A stretch of 64,000 nucleotides of DNA from an uncultured Nitrospiraceae bacterium (GTDB lineage: Bacteria; Nitrospirota; Thermodesulfovibrionia; Thermodesulfovibrionales; Dissulfurispiraceae). A model generated the notes under the pieces. The model did not search any database and was not told where the DNA came from. It saw only the letters and a list, made by a program, of their open reading frames with translations. The translations under genes and the position numbers were made by a program. The stretch covers positions 864,001-928,000 of the forward strand of contig CAVPIW010000006.1 in the NCBI GenBank assembly GCA_963705105.1. Direction: 5' to 3'. How positions within the stretch are numbered: position 1 is the first letter of the stretch; each line of letters opens with the position of its first letter. Of the stretch, positions 39,570-49,239 are shown in pieces.

Positions 39570-40760
39570 ATGACACAAATCCCGGCTGAAGAGGTCCTCA
39601 GAAAGCTCGAGGCAGGCTATTTCCTGCCCTCCCTGTCCGCCGTCGCTCTCAGGCTCGTCGAACTGGCTTCCAATGACGCTGCCACGGTGCGCGACCTCGC
39701 AACGCTCATCGAAGCGGACCCGTCCCTGACGGTCCGTCTCCTGCGCCTGGCCAACAGCGCCATGTTCAGGCGAGGCGAGCCCGTCACGTCCATGGAGCAG
39801 GCCCTGTTCAGGGTGGGTTTTCATCGCCTCAGGATCATGGCTCTTTCCATATCTCTGAGGGATACCTTTCCCATGGGCAGGCACGGCCTGATGGATTATG
39901 AACAATTTTGGAGGCATTCCCTGTACAGGGCGACAATCGCCCGTTCTCTCGCCCATTTTCTGCGCAATTGCAATCCCGAAGAGGCCTTTGTCGCGGGACT
40001 CACCCAGGAAATCGGCCTTCTCATCCTCCATGACATCTTTGTCAAGGGCAAGGATGAGCATGTCCGTCTCGATATCTCTCCCCTCATGGAACTCCTCAAG
40101 ATGGAGAGGGAAAGGTTCGGCATCGATCACCGTCAGGTCGGGGAGGCCGCATTCCGGTACTGGCAATTTCCCGACGAGATCATTGCCTGCCAGAACATTG
40201 AAGCCGGCAGCGGGCCGGGTTCTCCCGCGCCGCTGTGCTGTGTCTGTAACGTGGCAAGAGAGCTTTCATCGGTCATCTGTCAGGACGACCGGAACCTGAG
40301 CCGTGTTTTTGCCCGGATGGACGCAGTCTACGGCTTATATCACGGTCTCATCAGTGACATCATCGTCAGGACTTTTCAGGAGGTGCAGGAAATCGCCGAG
40401 AGCCTCAACGTCGGAATCAACAGGGACAGGGATGTACTGGACATTATGGAAAAGGCGAATGCCGCCCTCGCCCGCCTGACGGAGCGCATCGATGCCGGCC
40501 AGGCTGAAGCGTCGTCACCGCAACACCCCTCTTTCCGGAATGTCAGCGACGGACAACCGCCGGGGAAGGTCGATCAGACCCTTCAGGCCGTCGCCCATGA
40601 GATACGAAATCCTCTCACCGCCGTCGGCGGATTCGTGAAAAGACTATCGAGGACGCTCGATCCCTCGTCTCAGGGCTGGGAATACGTCCAGGTCATCCTG
40701 GAAGAGACGAAAAGACTGGAAGACGTCCTGGCGCATATGGAAGGGAAGACGCCGCGCTGA
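39570..40760 (+). CDS. HDOD-domain protein with C-terminal HisKA helix
   Basis: LPSL, DPSLTVRLLRLANS, FWRHSL and GIDH motifs; AHEIRNPL. Confidence 0.88.
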   Translation: MTQIPAEEVLRKLEAGYFLPSLSAVALRLVELASNDAATVRDLATLIEADPSLTVRLLRLANSAMFRRGEPVTSMEQALFRVGFHRLRIMALSISLRDTFPMGRHGLMDYEQFWRHSLYRATIARSLAHFLRNCNPEEAFVAGLTQEIGLLILHDIFVKGKDEHVRLDISPLMELLKMERERFGIDHRQVGEAAFRYWQFPDEIIACQNIEAGSGPGSPAPLCCVCNVARELSSVICQDDRNLSRVFARMDAVYGLYHGLISDIIVRTFQEVQEIAESLNVGINRDRDVLDIMEKANAALARLTERIDAGQAEASSPQHPSFRNVSDGQPPGKVDQTLQAVAHEIRNPLTAVGGFVKRLSRTLDPSSQGWEYVQVILEETKRLEDVLAHMEGKTPR

Positions 40761-40767
40761 TAGGGCG

Positions 40768-41316
40768 CTAACGGTCCGGCGGATCGCAGATACTCTTCCC
40801 CTTCGTTTTCCTCATCGTCGCCCTCTCCATAGTCATCTTCACTTCCCCGTAGAGATCTTCGTAAGCCGCCTGCAGGGCGTCGTGAAACGTCACGATTTTG
40901 CCGCCGTGCAGCCGCGTGAACGCCTGCGCGTCCGCCTTGTCCGCAAAGGCCCATTTGGCCCTCTGCGTCATCACACCGGGTCTGTCGCCTCCGATCACCC
41001 AATGAGCCGACGCCGCTTCAATCAGCTTCCGTGTGGCATAATCACCCACCATGACGTCACAGGGCACGAGGCTCATGTTCACCGTCAACTCGATAGCCGT
41101 GCAATGAAGGCTGCAGGTCCCCACCATCGTCGTATCCGTGTACCGGAGAAACATCCTGCTGTAGGAGAAAGTCTCCCTGTCCATGCCACAGTATTTGCAG
41201 GACCGGTGCTCCCGGATGTCGTCACGGGCAAAACACGGTGCGGTGACAAGAAGAATGAGCAGTACCGCGGAAATCCACGCGAACATCGATGGGACTTCTC
41301 TCAAGCGCGGCTTCAC
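40768..41316 (-). CDS. NosL-family metal-binding protein
   Basis: CKYCGM, CSLHC, GVMT and AF...HGG motifs. Confidence 0.8.
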   Translation of the reverse strand: MKPRLREVPSMFAWISAVLLILLVTAPCFARDDIREHRSCKYCGMDRETFSYSRMFLRYTDTTMVGTCSLHCTAIELTVNMSLVPCDVMVGDYATRKLIEAASAHWVIGGDRPGVMTQRAKWAFADKADAQAFTRLHGGKIVTFHDALQAAYEDLYGEVKMTMERATMRKTKGKSICDPPDR

Positions 41317-41798
41317 AGGCTCAGCACCGAGTAGATGATGTCCTTGACGACACCGGCCGTTTCGAGCCGCTCCAGCACCGGGTCGAGGTCACTGGGGGAG
41401 GCCGCGAGGAAATAGACCCAGCCGCCCGGACTGCTCTTGATCAGTTCCGTCGTCAGGAACGTCTTTTTTCCGACCACATCGCGGGGCTTCAATTCACGGG
41501 ACGTCAGAATGAGCGTCGCTTTCCGCAGGCTCTGCGACTCATAGGGGTGTTCTTCGAGTTTCGTCACCTTGCTGAGCCGCTTGATCTTGCGGACCATCCT
41601 GTCCTTTTCCTCGTGGCTGCAGCAAAAGGTGAGCACGACGCTTCCGTCGGTGCCGGCTTTCGCTTCAGACCCGTGGCCTACGACCGTGTCGATGCTGACT
41701 CCTTCATTACTGAAAGCCGATGCAATGCTGGTCAGAGCCCCGGCGCGGTCAACGACATGGGCCCGGAAGACCCAATGACTCCTGGCAGTTTCGTTCAT
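41313..41798 (-). CDS. ACT-domain protein
   Basis: DRAGALTSIASAFSNEGVSID (IlvN-like ACT). Confidence 0.7.
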   Translation of the reverse strand: MNETARSHWVFRAHVVDRAGALTSIASAFSNEGVSIDTVVGHGSEAKAGTDGSVVLTFCCSHEEKDRMVRKIKRLSKVTKLEEHPYESQSLRKATLILTSRELKPRDVVGKKTFLTTELIKSSPGGWVYFLAASPSDLDPVLERLETAGVVKDIIYSVLSL

Positions 41799-41799
41799 G

Positions 41800-43959
41800 T
41801 CAGCGTCCTCTCCTGTTTTTTTGACGATCACGCCCCTTGTAGCGAAGGGGCTGAGCGCGGCCGGACAATACGTCCGTCACCCCTGCCGCCAGCGCCGCCA
41901 TCTCGAGTGAGCCTTCGTAGACGATGACGGGAGCCAGCCGGATGATGCGCCGCCGCAGTGCAGACCGCACCCAGGCACTGCGGGTCAGTCCGCCGGTCAG
42001 TACGATGGCATCGACGTCACAACCCGCCGCGACGAAGGCCTTGCCGATCTCTTTCGCTATCTGGTAGACCATCGCGTCGGCAGCGAGAAATGCCTGTTTG
42101 TCACCTGCTGCGATCCTCTGCTCGATCTCATCCATGCGGTCCGTACCGAGGTAGGAACGCAGCCCTCCCCTTTTTGTCAGCTCGGCGACCAGTTCGTCGC
42201 GGGTGAAACGGCCGGAATAGCACAGGTCGATCAATTCTCCCAGGGGAAGGTCTCCGGCCCGCTGGGGCGTAAAGGGGCCTCCGCCGAGGAGGGCGATGTT
42301 GTTGTCGACCATCTTGCCGCCCTGGATCGCCGCCACGGTGATGCCGCCCCCGAGATGGGCGACGACGAGGTTCACGTCTTCAGGCCGGCGGCCCGTGTCC
42401 CTTGCCGCCCGCCGTATCGCGGCCCGGACACTCAGGGCGTGGGACGTGCTTCGCCTGGTGATGGATGCATAGCCGGAGAGCTCCGCCTCGGGGACGAACT
42501 CATCGACGACTACAGGGTCGACGATCATCGCGGGCACGCGGAATTTTTCGGCCAGCGCGGCGGCGACAGGAGCGCCGAAGTTGCTGGCATGGGGCTTCTC
42601 CGGGTGGTCCAGCACGGCAGAAACGATCGTCTCGTCGATGACGATCCCCTCATCCCGCTTCTCGGCAACGAGATAGGCGCCGCCGGACAGTTTGCCTTCA
42701 GGCCGCGGAAGAAAGCCGCCCCGCGCCGCAATGGCGTCAATCCCGCCCTCACCCCACTGGTCTAGAAGGCCTCTGACAAGGCCGGTCAGTTCATCGACCT
42801 GTGCCTTTCGCCGTGCCGGCGGACCGCTGAGGGCGATGTCGCAGGAGACTTCCGATTCCTTCAGGCAACGGTCATTCTCATAAAGGGCGACTTTCATCGA
42901 CGTCGAGCCCGGATTGATAGCGAGGACACGATAAACTTCTGCAGCGGGTACAGCGGCGACGATCGTTTCGCGGGCCGCCTGCTTCTGCGGATTCCGGTAG
43001 GCATAGACGGCGGACAGGGCAATCGACACGATGCGCGTTTCGAGGCTGTCCGACCTTGAGAGAATGATGTACGGCACGGGAAAGCCGACGGTCATGCTTG
43101 CGAGGGACGCCTCGCCGTATTTGTTCATCGCCGATATCGCCTTATACAGCACATTGGCGGTGTCGATGCTCGGGCAGACGACCACATCGGCCTGCCCGGC
43201 CACTTCAGCGGCATTGGGGAGGTCCGGCAGTCCCTTGACGGAGACCGAATCGGGATCGGTGGCAAGGTCGAAGGACAGGGGGCCGCAGACGACGGCGTCG
43301 GGCCAGGAGCGCTTCGCCATTTCCAGGCCCATCCAGGTCGAGGGAAGAGAGGGGACCTGCTTCTCATTGGCCGACAGGATCGCCACCTTGGGTCGCTCGA
43401 TCCCCAGAACGGTCTTTGCCACGTCAACGGCGTTGCGCGTGAGATCCTGCAGCCTGCCGAAATTGCAGACCGTCGTGACACCTGCGTCAGTCATGACGAT
43501 CGGCCTGCCGTTGGCGATGCAGACGGCGTCGAAGACCGTGGCGAGGCTGACGGTGGAACGGATGGCAAGAGGGATCATATGTCTGTTGATGACGGGTGTC
43601 GAGATGCCTCCCTTCAGCACGATGTCGACGGCGCCGGACCTGATGATTTCCACCGCCGCCCGCGCCATGCTCTCGTCGTTGTCCGCGGGCACGATGTCGC
43701 CGGGGTCGACATCGATGCGGACTTCACCGACGGCCTTCTCGATGCGGTCCTTCGGCCCCACAAGGATGATCCTGTCAACGATTCCGTGGTCACGGGCCGA
43801 TTCGACGAGGCGGAGGTCGCCGACGCGGTGACCGCCGACGACGATGACCGATGTGGCCGGCAGCTTGCCGGCGACGTCGATCAGGTCAACGACCTTCTCT
43901 ATCCGATCCACCGTCGGGGGGGGCATCGGTCTGCAGATATCAGGGCACATACTGTTCAT
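41800..43959 (-). CDS. buk: Phosphate butyryltransferase-butyrate kinase fusion
   Basis: N-terminal PTA/PTB domain (GPLSFDLA, ILSRSD); C-terminal INPGSTS, ARGG, HASN, DPVVVDE and HLGGG motifs. Confidence 0.9.
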   Translation of the reverse strand: MNSMCPDICRPMPPPTVDRIEKVVDLIDVAGKLPATSVIVVGGHRVGDLRLVESARDHGIVDRIILVGPKDRIEKAVGEVRIDVDPGDIVPADNDESMARAAVEIIRSGAVDIVLKGGISTPVINRHMIPLAIRSTVSLATVFDAVCIANGRPIVMTDAGVTTVCNFGRLQDLTRNAVDVAKTVLGIERPKVAILSANEKQVPSLPSTWMGLEMAKRSWPDAVVCGPLSFDLATDPDSVSVKGLPDLPNAAEVAGQADVVVCPSIDTANVLYKAISAMNKYGEASLASMTVGFPVPYIILSRSDSLETRIVSIALSAVYAYRNPQKQAARETIVAAVPAAEVYRVLAINPGSTSMKVALYENDRCLKESEVSCDIALSGPPARRKAQVDELTGLVRGLLDQWGEGGIDAIAARGGFLPRPEGKLSGGAYLVAEKRDEGIVIDETIVSAVLDHPEKPHASNFGAPVAAALAEKFRVPAMIVDPVVVDEFVPEAELSGYASITRRSTSHALSVRAAIRRAARDTGRRPEDVNLVVAHLGGGITVAAIQGGKMVDNNIALLGGGPFTPQRAGDLPLGELIDLCYSGRFTRDELVAELTKRGGLRSYLGTDRMDEIEQRIAAGDKQAFLAADAMVYQIAKEIGKAFVAAGCDVDAIVLTGGLTRSAWVRSALRRRIIRLAPVIVYEGSLEMAALAAGVTDVLSGRAQPLRYKGRDRQKNRRGR

Positions 43960-44043
43960 CTCCTTCTTTCACCGCCCCATGCTGAAGTTGTCGTACGGGG
44001 CGAAATTCACGTAATCGGATCATTGGTGTCCAAAAGGCCCATC

Positions 44044-44157
44044 CTCGCGTCAAGACGCCAAGGTCGCCAAGAACGGCAAATGCACAAGTGCATAAAATCT
44101 TTTGTTAGGATGACGGTCTGTATCTTTACTTTGCGCTCTTTGCGGCTTTGCGTGAGA
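44044..44157. repeat. Palindromic CGCCAAG/CTTTGCG-type repeat
   Basis: CTCGCGTCAAGACGCCAAGGTCGCCAAG...CTTTGCGCTCTTTGCGGCTTTGCGTGAG. Confidence 0.55.
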
Positions 44158-44163
44158 ATAAAC

Positions 44164-44227
44164 AATCATGCTCGCTATCAGCAAGGCTTTGAGGCGCTTC
44201 GCCCCGCCTTCTTATGCAACGGCAAGG
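44164..44227 (+). mobile_element. Right-arm fragment of the MITE family
   Basis: ATCATGCTCGCTATCAGCAAGGCTTTGAGGCGCTTCGCCCCGCC..ATGCAACGGCAAGG. Confidence 0.75.
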
Positions 44228-44237
44228 TTCTCAATCC

Positions 44238-46157
44238 CTATCGACCGATAAGGCAAATGGAGATCTTGTCGAAATCGTCCGCCTTCGCCCAGACGTATTT
44301 CTCCCGGAAGAGACCGTCTATCTTGCTGGGCGAGTTTTTACTCTGCCGGGCCAGAAACTTTCTAAACTGTCCGGGACCGCCGTTATACATCGCATAGACC
44401 GACCTCGCAAGGATATCCTGGTCAAGACCTCGGGCCTCCGGGCGTTTCAGCGCGTATCTGCGCATATAAAGGCTTAATATTTCACAGCCCGCCGTTATAT
44501 TGTACCGGGTGTTCCAGCGCAGGTTATCGGGCCGGTAAATGCCCCTCCAGACGCGCTCGTTGATCTGCATCAGCCCGACGGAGGTCTGGTTGTACGACAC
44601 GATAGGCCGCACTCTGTTCTTTGCACCGATGAACTGTCGCCAGCAGCTCTCCTGCCATGCAGTCGCCAGGACAAGACGCTGATACAGGGGCTGATAGGCG
44701 GAACCGATGCCTGTCCTGGGGCCGACATCAGCAGACGACCGGTCGAGGGTCTGCCTCACCCTGTCGAGGTAGCTCCCCATTTCTCCGGTCGTCAGGATCC
44801 ACTGCTTCATCTCCTCTTTCGGCGCTGATGCCTTTGCCGTCGGGGCAGGCGCGAGGAGCGATTTCTGCATGGTCCAGCCGCCGCCGGGGGTCGCATCCTC
44901 CGGAAAGAATTCCGTGAGATCCATCTCCGTCACATCCGGGGGAAGCCCGGGTTCCTCGATGACGGCGCCGAGACCGAAAAACGAGCGCAGCCCCGTGTTG
45001 ACGCCGGACGTATATTCCAAAACCGGTTCCGTCCCCGGCCCCCGCAGCAGTCGCGAAAGATCGAGAAGCCCTTCGCGGTTGACGGCAAGACCCAGGCCGG
45101 GCCCGAGGCCCCCGAGTGAAGCGAGAGCATCGGAGACGGCAAGAAAGGACAGGTAACGCGAGGGATCCTGGGACAACTGCTTCATTGCATGACGCCGGAA
45201 CAGAGGCCCGAGCTTCCGCCAGTTCTCCGCGAACTGACGCACGATGAATCCGTGATCGGCCTTTCCCTCTTCAGCCGCCTCAATGAACCCGTAGCGGGCA
45301 TCGAGGAGCGTCTCCAGGACATCGTCCCTCTCCTGCTCGGTGACGGGCTGTCCGATGAGAGATTCAATCAGGGACACTGCAAAGGAATCCCAGTCCTCCC
45401 ATACTTTAGTCAGACCGTCGATGTCCGCCGGCGTCGCGGGTTCCGGCACCGGTCCTCCCGGCGGCTCCGGTGTCTCCACATCCATCAGCAGGTCCACAAG
45501 GATCCCTTCCTGCTTCACCTGTACCTGCCCCACCCTGAGTGTGTTGACCCATGAGCCGGCTTTCTCCCTGACCCCGGGCAGGGCGAATTTCGGAAGGATG
45601 TTCTGAATTCCCTTGATCGGCGTCGCCAGATCAAGGTTCACCTTGTTCAGGTAGGGATTCACGGAGGACGTTGTCAGGTCCGAGAGAATCCTGTCAATGC
45701 CGACCTGCTTCCGGTCGGGGCTGAAGGTCTGGAATCCCTTCGTCTCCATGCCAAGACGCCCTTTTGCCTGATCGAAGACGACCTGCTGCAGCACCTCTAT
45801 GGCGCCTTCCCATTCCCCCATTTTCAGGCACGTTCCCGCGAGGGGCAGGCCCGCCTGGATCCTGATGTTGCTCGCCAGCTTGATCAGCGATTCCGCCGGT
45901 CCCACCGTCGGGTTCCAGAGCTCGATGCGGGAACATCCTCCTGCCGTATCGAGAGGAACGGCCCTCTCTCCGGGCTGCGTGAACGCCTGCCGGACAAAGA
46001 CGGACTGCAGGAAGGGATAATCAATGGACAGGGGGATGCTGACGGTCTGCCTCGCGGCGTAAACAGCCGCCGGATGGAGGAAGCACGGGGCGAAGCACAG
46101 GATCAGAGACAGCAGTATCCTCCTGATTGTAAAAAAATGGAATGCACGAAATAACAT
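44238..46157 (-). CDS. Secreted protein with C-terminal lytic transglycosylase (SLT) domain
   Basis: Signal peptide; AWQESCW, GLMQIN and YAMYNGGP motifs. Confidence 0.85.
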   Translation of the reverse strand: MLFRAFHFFTIRRILLSLILCFAPCFLHPAAVYAARQTVSIPLSIDYPFLQSVFVRQAFTQPGERAVPLDTAGGCSRIELWNPTVGPAESLIKLASNIRIQAGLPLAGTCLKMGEWEGAIEVLQQVVFDQAKGRLGMETKGFQTFSPDRKQVGIDRILSDLTTSSVNPYLNKVNLDLATPIKGIQNILPKFALPGVREKAGSWVNTLRVGQVQVKQEGILVDLLMDVETPEPPGGPVPEPATPADIDGLTKVWEDWDSFAVSLIESLIGQPVTEQERDDVLETLLDARYGFIEAAEEGKADHGFIVRQFAENWRKLGPLFRRHAMKQLSQDPSRYLSFLAVSDALASLGGLGPGLGLAVNREGLLDLSRLLRGPGTEPVLEYTSGVNTGLRSFFGLGAVIEEPGLPPDVTEMDLTEFFPEDATPGGGWTMQKSLLAPAPTAKASAPKEEMKQWILTTGEMGSYLDRVRQTLDRSSADVGPRTGIGSAYQPLYQRLVLATAWQESCWRQFIGAKNRVRPIVSYNQTSVGLMQINERVWRGIYRPDNLRWNTRYNITAGCEILSLYMRRYALKRPEARGLDQDILARSVYAMYNGGPGQFRKFLARQSKNSPSKIDGLFREKYVWAKADDFDKISICLIGR

Positions 46158-46267
46158 GGCTCCCTCGCCTCAGGCTATTTTGGACACCAATGATGTCCCA
46201 TATTGTGAATGCTATCACAAGTAAGCGCTGAAGGCAAGGGACGGCGCGGCTGTTATGCACAGCGATA

Positions 46268-46458
46268 CCTTTCGGTTGCATCGAAAGTCGGGGCGAAGCG
46301 CTCTGGAAAAAAGTGTCAGTGACAGTGTGAGTGTCAGTATAAGGTTCACTTCTTTAACCGTCAGCCTGAAATGATCCTCCTGTGAGGGTTATGGTGTCGC
46401 CGCATCAAGGTTTTCGTCGCATACACCCGCCTTTCGATCGGGCGTATGCGACGATACG
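46268..46458 (-). mobile_element. MITE-family copy
   Basis: CCTTTCGGTTGCATCG...GTGTCAGTGACAGTGTGAGTGTCAG...GCGACGATACG; close match to 52049-52244. Confidence 0.8.
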
Positions 46459-46560
46459 TTAATACAGGCTACATCCCCAGCCTCCGAAGAGGGTGTATTG
46501 GACAGGTGAGGAAAGGGAAGTACAATTACTTAGGATGTCATGAGATGGGACCTCACAGGT

Positions 46561-46652
46561 TGTCATTCCCGCAACCCCGCACTTGATGCGGGGGCGTCGG
46601 GAATCCTTCTGAAAAAAGAAAAATTCAGGACGAGCCGGAATGACGGAATGAC
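46561..46652. repeat. TGTCATTCCCG...GGAATGAC palindromic repeat
   Basis: Shares GCGTCGGGAATCCTTCTGAAA with 35851-35920. Confidence 0.65.
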
Positions 46653-46758
46653 ATTTGGATTGAGGTTTTACGAAACGACTGCACGAATAGTCAAAATCGA
46701 GGAATCGCGGAGAACCGCTCCGGACAAGAGTGACATTGTGCGGAAAGGAGAAATTGTC

Positions 46759-47208
46759 ATGTCAGATCAGGAGAAGGAGGCCGTTGACCCCGGAGGAGAC
46801 AGCGTTGTCGAGAGCTCTGAAGAGCTCGTCGTCGTGCGGCCTCCCGCCGAGACGATGTCGAAGCAGAGGCTGCCTTACTTTATCGGCGTTTCCGAGGCTT
46901 CGGCCGGCGCAAAGGGCTTATCCATGAATCTCGTTATCATCCCGCCCGGCGGCGCCGCCGAGCCCCACCTGCACCGCGGCTTCGAATCGGCCATCTACGT
47001 TATAAGCGGACGTGTGGAAACCCATTATGGTCCGGGCCTGAAAAAAAAGACCATCACTGAGGCGGGCGATTTCCTGTTCATTCCGCCCGACGTCCCTCAC
47101 CAGCCCGTGAATCTCAGCATGACCGAACCGGCAAGGGCCATCGTGGCGCGCAATGATCCCAACGAGCAGGAGCATGTCTATTTGCTCAGCGAAAAAAAGA
47201 AGGGTTGA
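46759..47208 (+). CDS. Cupin-domain protein
   Basis: PHLHRGFES and GDFLFIPPDVPHQP motifs; RBS AGGAG. Confidence 0.88.
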   Translation: MSDQEKEAVDPGGDSVVESSEELVVVRPPAETMSKQRLPYFIGVSEASAGAKGLSMNLVIIPPGGAAEPHLHRGFESAIYVISGRVETHYGPGLKKKTITEAGDFLFIPPDVPHQPVNLSMTEPARAIVARNDPNEQEHVYLLSEKKKG

Positions 47209-47426
47209 CCTTATCGTTGCAATACACTCCCGGGAAAAGCGGGGTTGGGGTGAATGCGCCGAAAACCTTGCTGCGGCGACACCTGAATCAAAACGAGAGA
47301 TGACCTATAAGCCAATGGTCGATGACACAGAGAGTGGAATCCTGAAACACGAAGCTGACAATGCGTATCGTTGCCTTCAGCAAGGCTTTGATGCGTTTCG
47401 CCCCGCCTTTTCATGCAACTGAAAGG
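47209..47426 (+). mobile_element. MITE-family copy
   Basis: CCTTATCGTTGCA...TGCAACTGAAAGG; TTGA on both sides (the left copy includes the cupin stop). Confidence 0.9.
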
Positions 47427-47485
47427 TTGACCATGGCGGATGCCTCGGGGCGACCTGCATCTGCCCGGTGGTATAATGATGACGT

Positions 47486-48217
47486 ATGAGCATCATTACG
47501 GCGACAGACCTCGTCAAGACCTTCGGGAACCTTCGGGCCGTTGACGGCATCACCCTTACGATCGACAAGGGGGAGTGTTTCGGCTTTCTCGGCCCCAACG
47601 GAGCCGGCAAAACGACGGTCATGAGCATCATCTCCTGCTTTATTCCACCCACGTCCGGCACGGTGACCGTTTTCGGCATGGATGTCCGCGAGGCTCCCAG
47701 TAAGATCAAAGCGAGGCTCGGCGTCATGCCCCAGGATGACAATCTCGATCCCGACCTCACCGTGACGGAAAACCTCTTCGTCTATGCCCGCTATTTCGAC
47801 ATCCCGAAGAAGAACTCCCTGCCCTCCATCAGGGAGCTTCTCGGTTTTGTCGAACTGACCGAAAAGGCCGATGCGAACATCAAGAGCCTGTCCGGCGGGA
47901 TGAAGAGGCGCCTCCTCCTTGCGCGGGCACTCATCAACTGTCCCGAGATCCTCATTCTCGACGAGCCCACAACGGGGCTCGACCCGCACAGCAGGCGCTC
48001 GGTCTGGGAAAAGCTGAAACAGCTCAAGACCTTCGGCACGACCCTCCTGCTGACGACGCATTACATGGAGGAGGCTGAACACATCTGTGACCATGTGGCG
48101 ATCATGGATACGGGCAGGATTGTGACCATCAATTCGCCCCGGTCGCTCATGGAGATCCATGGAGGCAACCTCGAAGATGTCTACCTCAAACTGACGGGGA
48201 GGTCCCTTGCAGGTTAG
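47486..48217 (+). CDS. ABC exporter ATPase (NodI-like)
   Basis: GPNGAGKT, LSGGMKRR, LDEPTTGLD and TTHYMEEA motifs. Confidence 0.92.
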   Translation: MSIITATDLVKTFGNLRAVDGITLTIDKGECFGFLGPNGAGKTTVMSIISCFIPPTSGTVTVFGMDVREAPSKIKARLGVMPQDDNLDPDLTVTENLFVYARYFDIPKKNSLPSIRELLGFVELTEKADANIKSLSGGMKRRLLLARALINCPEILILDEPTTGLDPHSRRSVWEKLKQLKTFGTTLLLTTHYMEEAEHICDHVAIMDTGRIVTINSPRSLMEIHGGNLEDVYLKLTGRSLAG

Positions 48218-48962
48218 ACGGGCACTCAGGGTCTGGCAGCGCCATCTGACGGTCTACACAAAACTCTACCGGTCGAGCATCGCCCTCAACTTTGTCGAGC
48301 CCGTCCTCTATCTTTCCGCACTGGGACTGGGTCTTGGCGCTTTCATCCGCGAGATCGACGGCATGCCCTATGTCAATTTCATCGCCCCCGGCATCATCGC
48401 ATCGTCATCGATGTTCTCCGCCATCTACGAGTGCACCTACGGCACATACGTCAGGATGACCTACCAGAAGACATTCGACGCCATCCTCGCCACGCCGGTC
48501 AACCTCGACGACCTCATCGCGGGGGAGCTTCTCTGGGGCGCCACAAAGAGCGTCCTGTACGGCACAATCATCATCATCGTCATCTCCCTCTTCGGGCTCG
48601 TCAGCTCTCCCCTCGTCATCCTCATCATTCCCGTCCTCTTTTTCAGCGGCCTCATCTTCGCCGAAATATCCGTCATGGCCGCCGCCATCGTGCCGGGCAT
48701 CGAATCGTTCAACTACTTCTACACCCTGCTCATGACGCCCATGTTTCTCTTTTCGGGCATCTTCTTTCCCCTCAACACGCTGCCGCCCATGGTCGCCCAG
48801 ATCGCCTTCTTCACCCCCCTCTATCATCTCGTGAACATCTGCCGCGCCCTTGCAACGGGGAGACCCCTCGCCGCGGCGGCAGACGTGGTCTGGATCGTCG
48901 TTGTTGCCGCGCTCCTGTCGCCCTACCCTTTTCGTCTCATGAGGAGAAGGATCATAAAGTGA
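48207..48962 (+). CDS. ABC-2 permease (NodJ-like)
   Basis: EP.LYL, FIAPG and FSGIFFP motifs. Confidence 0.9.
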   Translation: MQVRRALRVWQRHLTVYTKLYRSSIALNFVEPVLYLSALGLGLGAFIREIDGMPYVNFIAPGIIASSSMFSAIYECTYGTYVRMTYQKTFDAILATPVNLDDLIAGELLWGATKSVLYGTIIIIVISLFGLVSSPLVILIIPVLFFSGLIFAEISVMAAAIVPGIESFNYFYTLLMTPMFLFSGIFFPLNTLPPMVAQIAFFTPLYHLVNICRALATGRPLAAAADVVWIVVVAALLSPYPFRLMRRRIIK

Positions 48963-48979
48963 CACGACAGTCATGAATC

Positions 48980-49030
48980 AGCCTTGCGTGAAAAGTCGGG
49001 GCAAAGTGCCTTAACGCCTTGCTGATAGCG
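48980..49030 (-). mobile_element. Degenerate right arm of the MITE family
   Basis: TTGCGTGAAAAGTCGGGGCAAAGTGCCTTAACGCCTTGCTGATAGCG matches 20046-20092. Confidence 0.65.
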
Positions 49031-49239
49031 ACATTGATCTTTGTAGGGTCTGCTCCCCGAGCAGACCGCTTCCTCGTCTTCATTACTATACGCTGTTCTG
49101 CCGGGAAGGCAGCGGCACATTCACTGACACTGAAACGGTCGTTGAATTTTTCCGGCAACCTGCGATAGGCTTAAAAAGGGCATCCCGCAATCTCTGCAAT
49201 AGTTCATGACCGGGACGGCTCACTAAAGAAGGGAGAATC

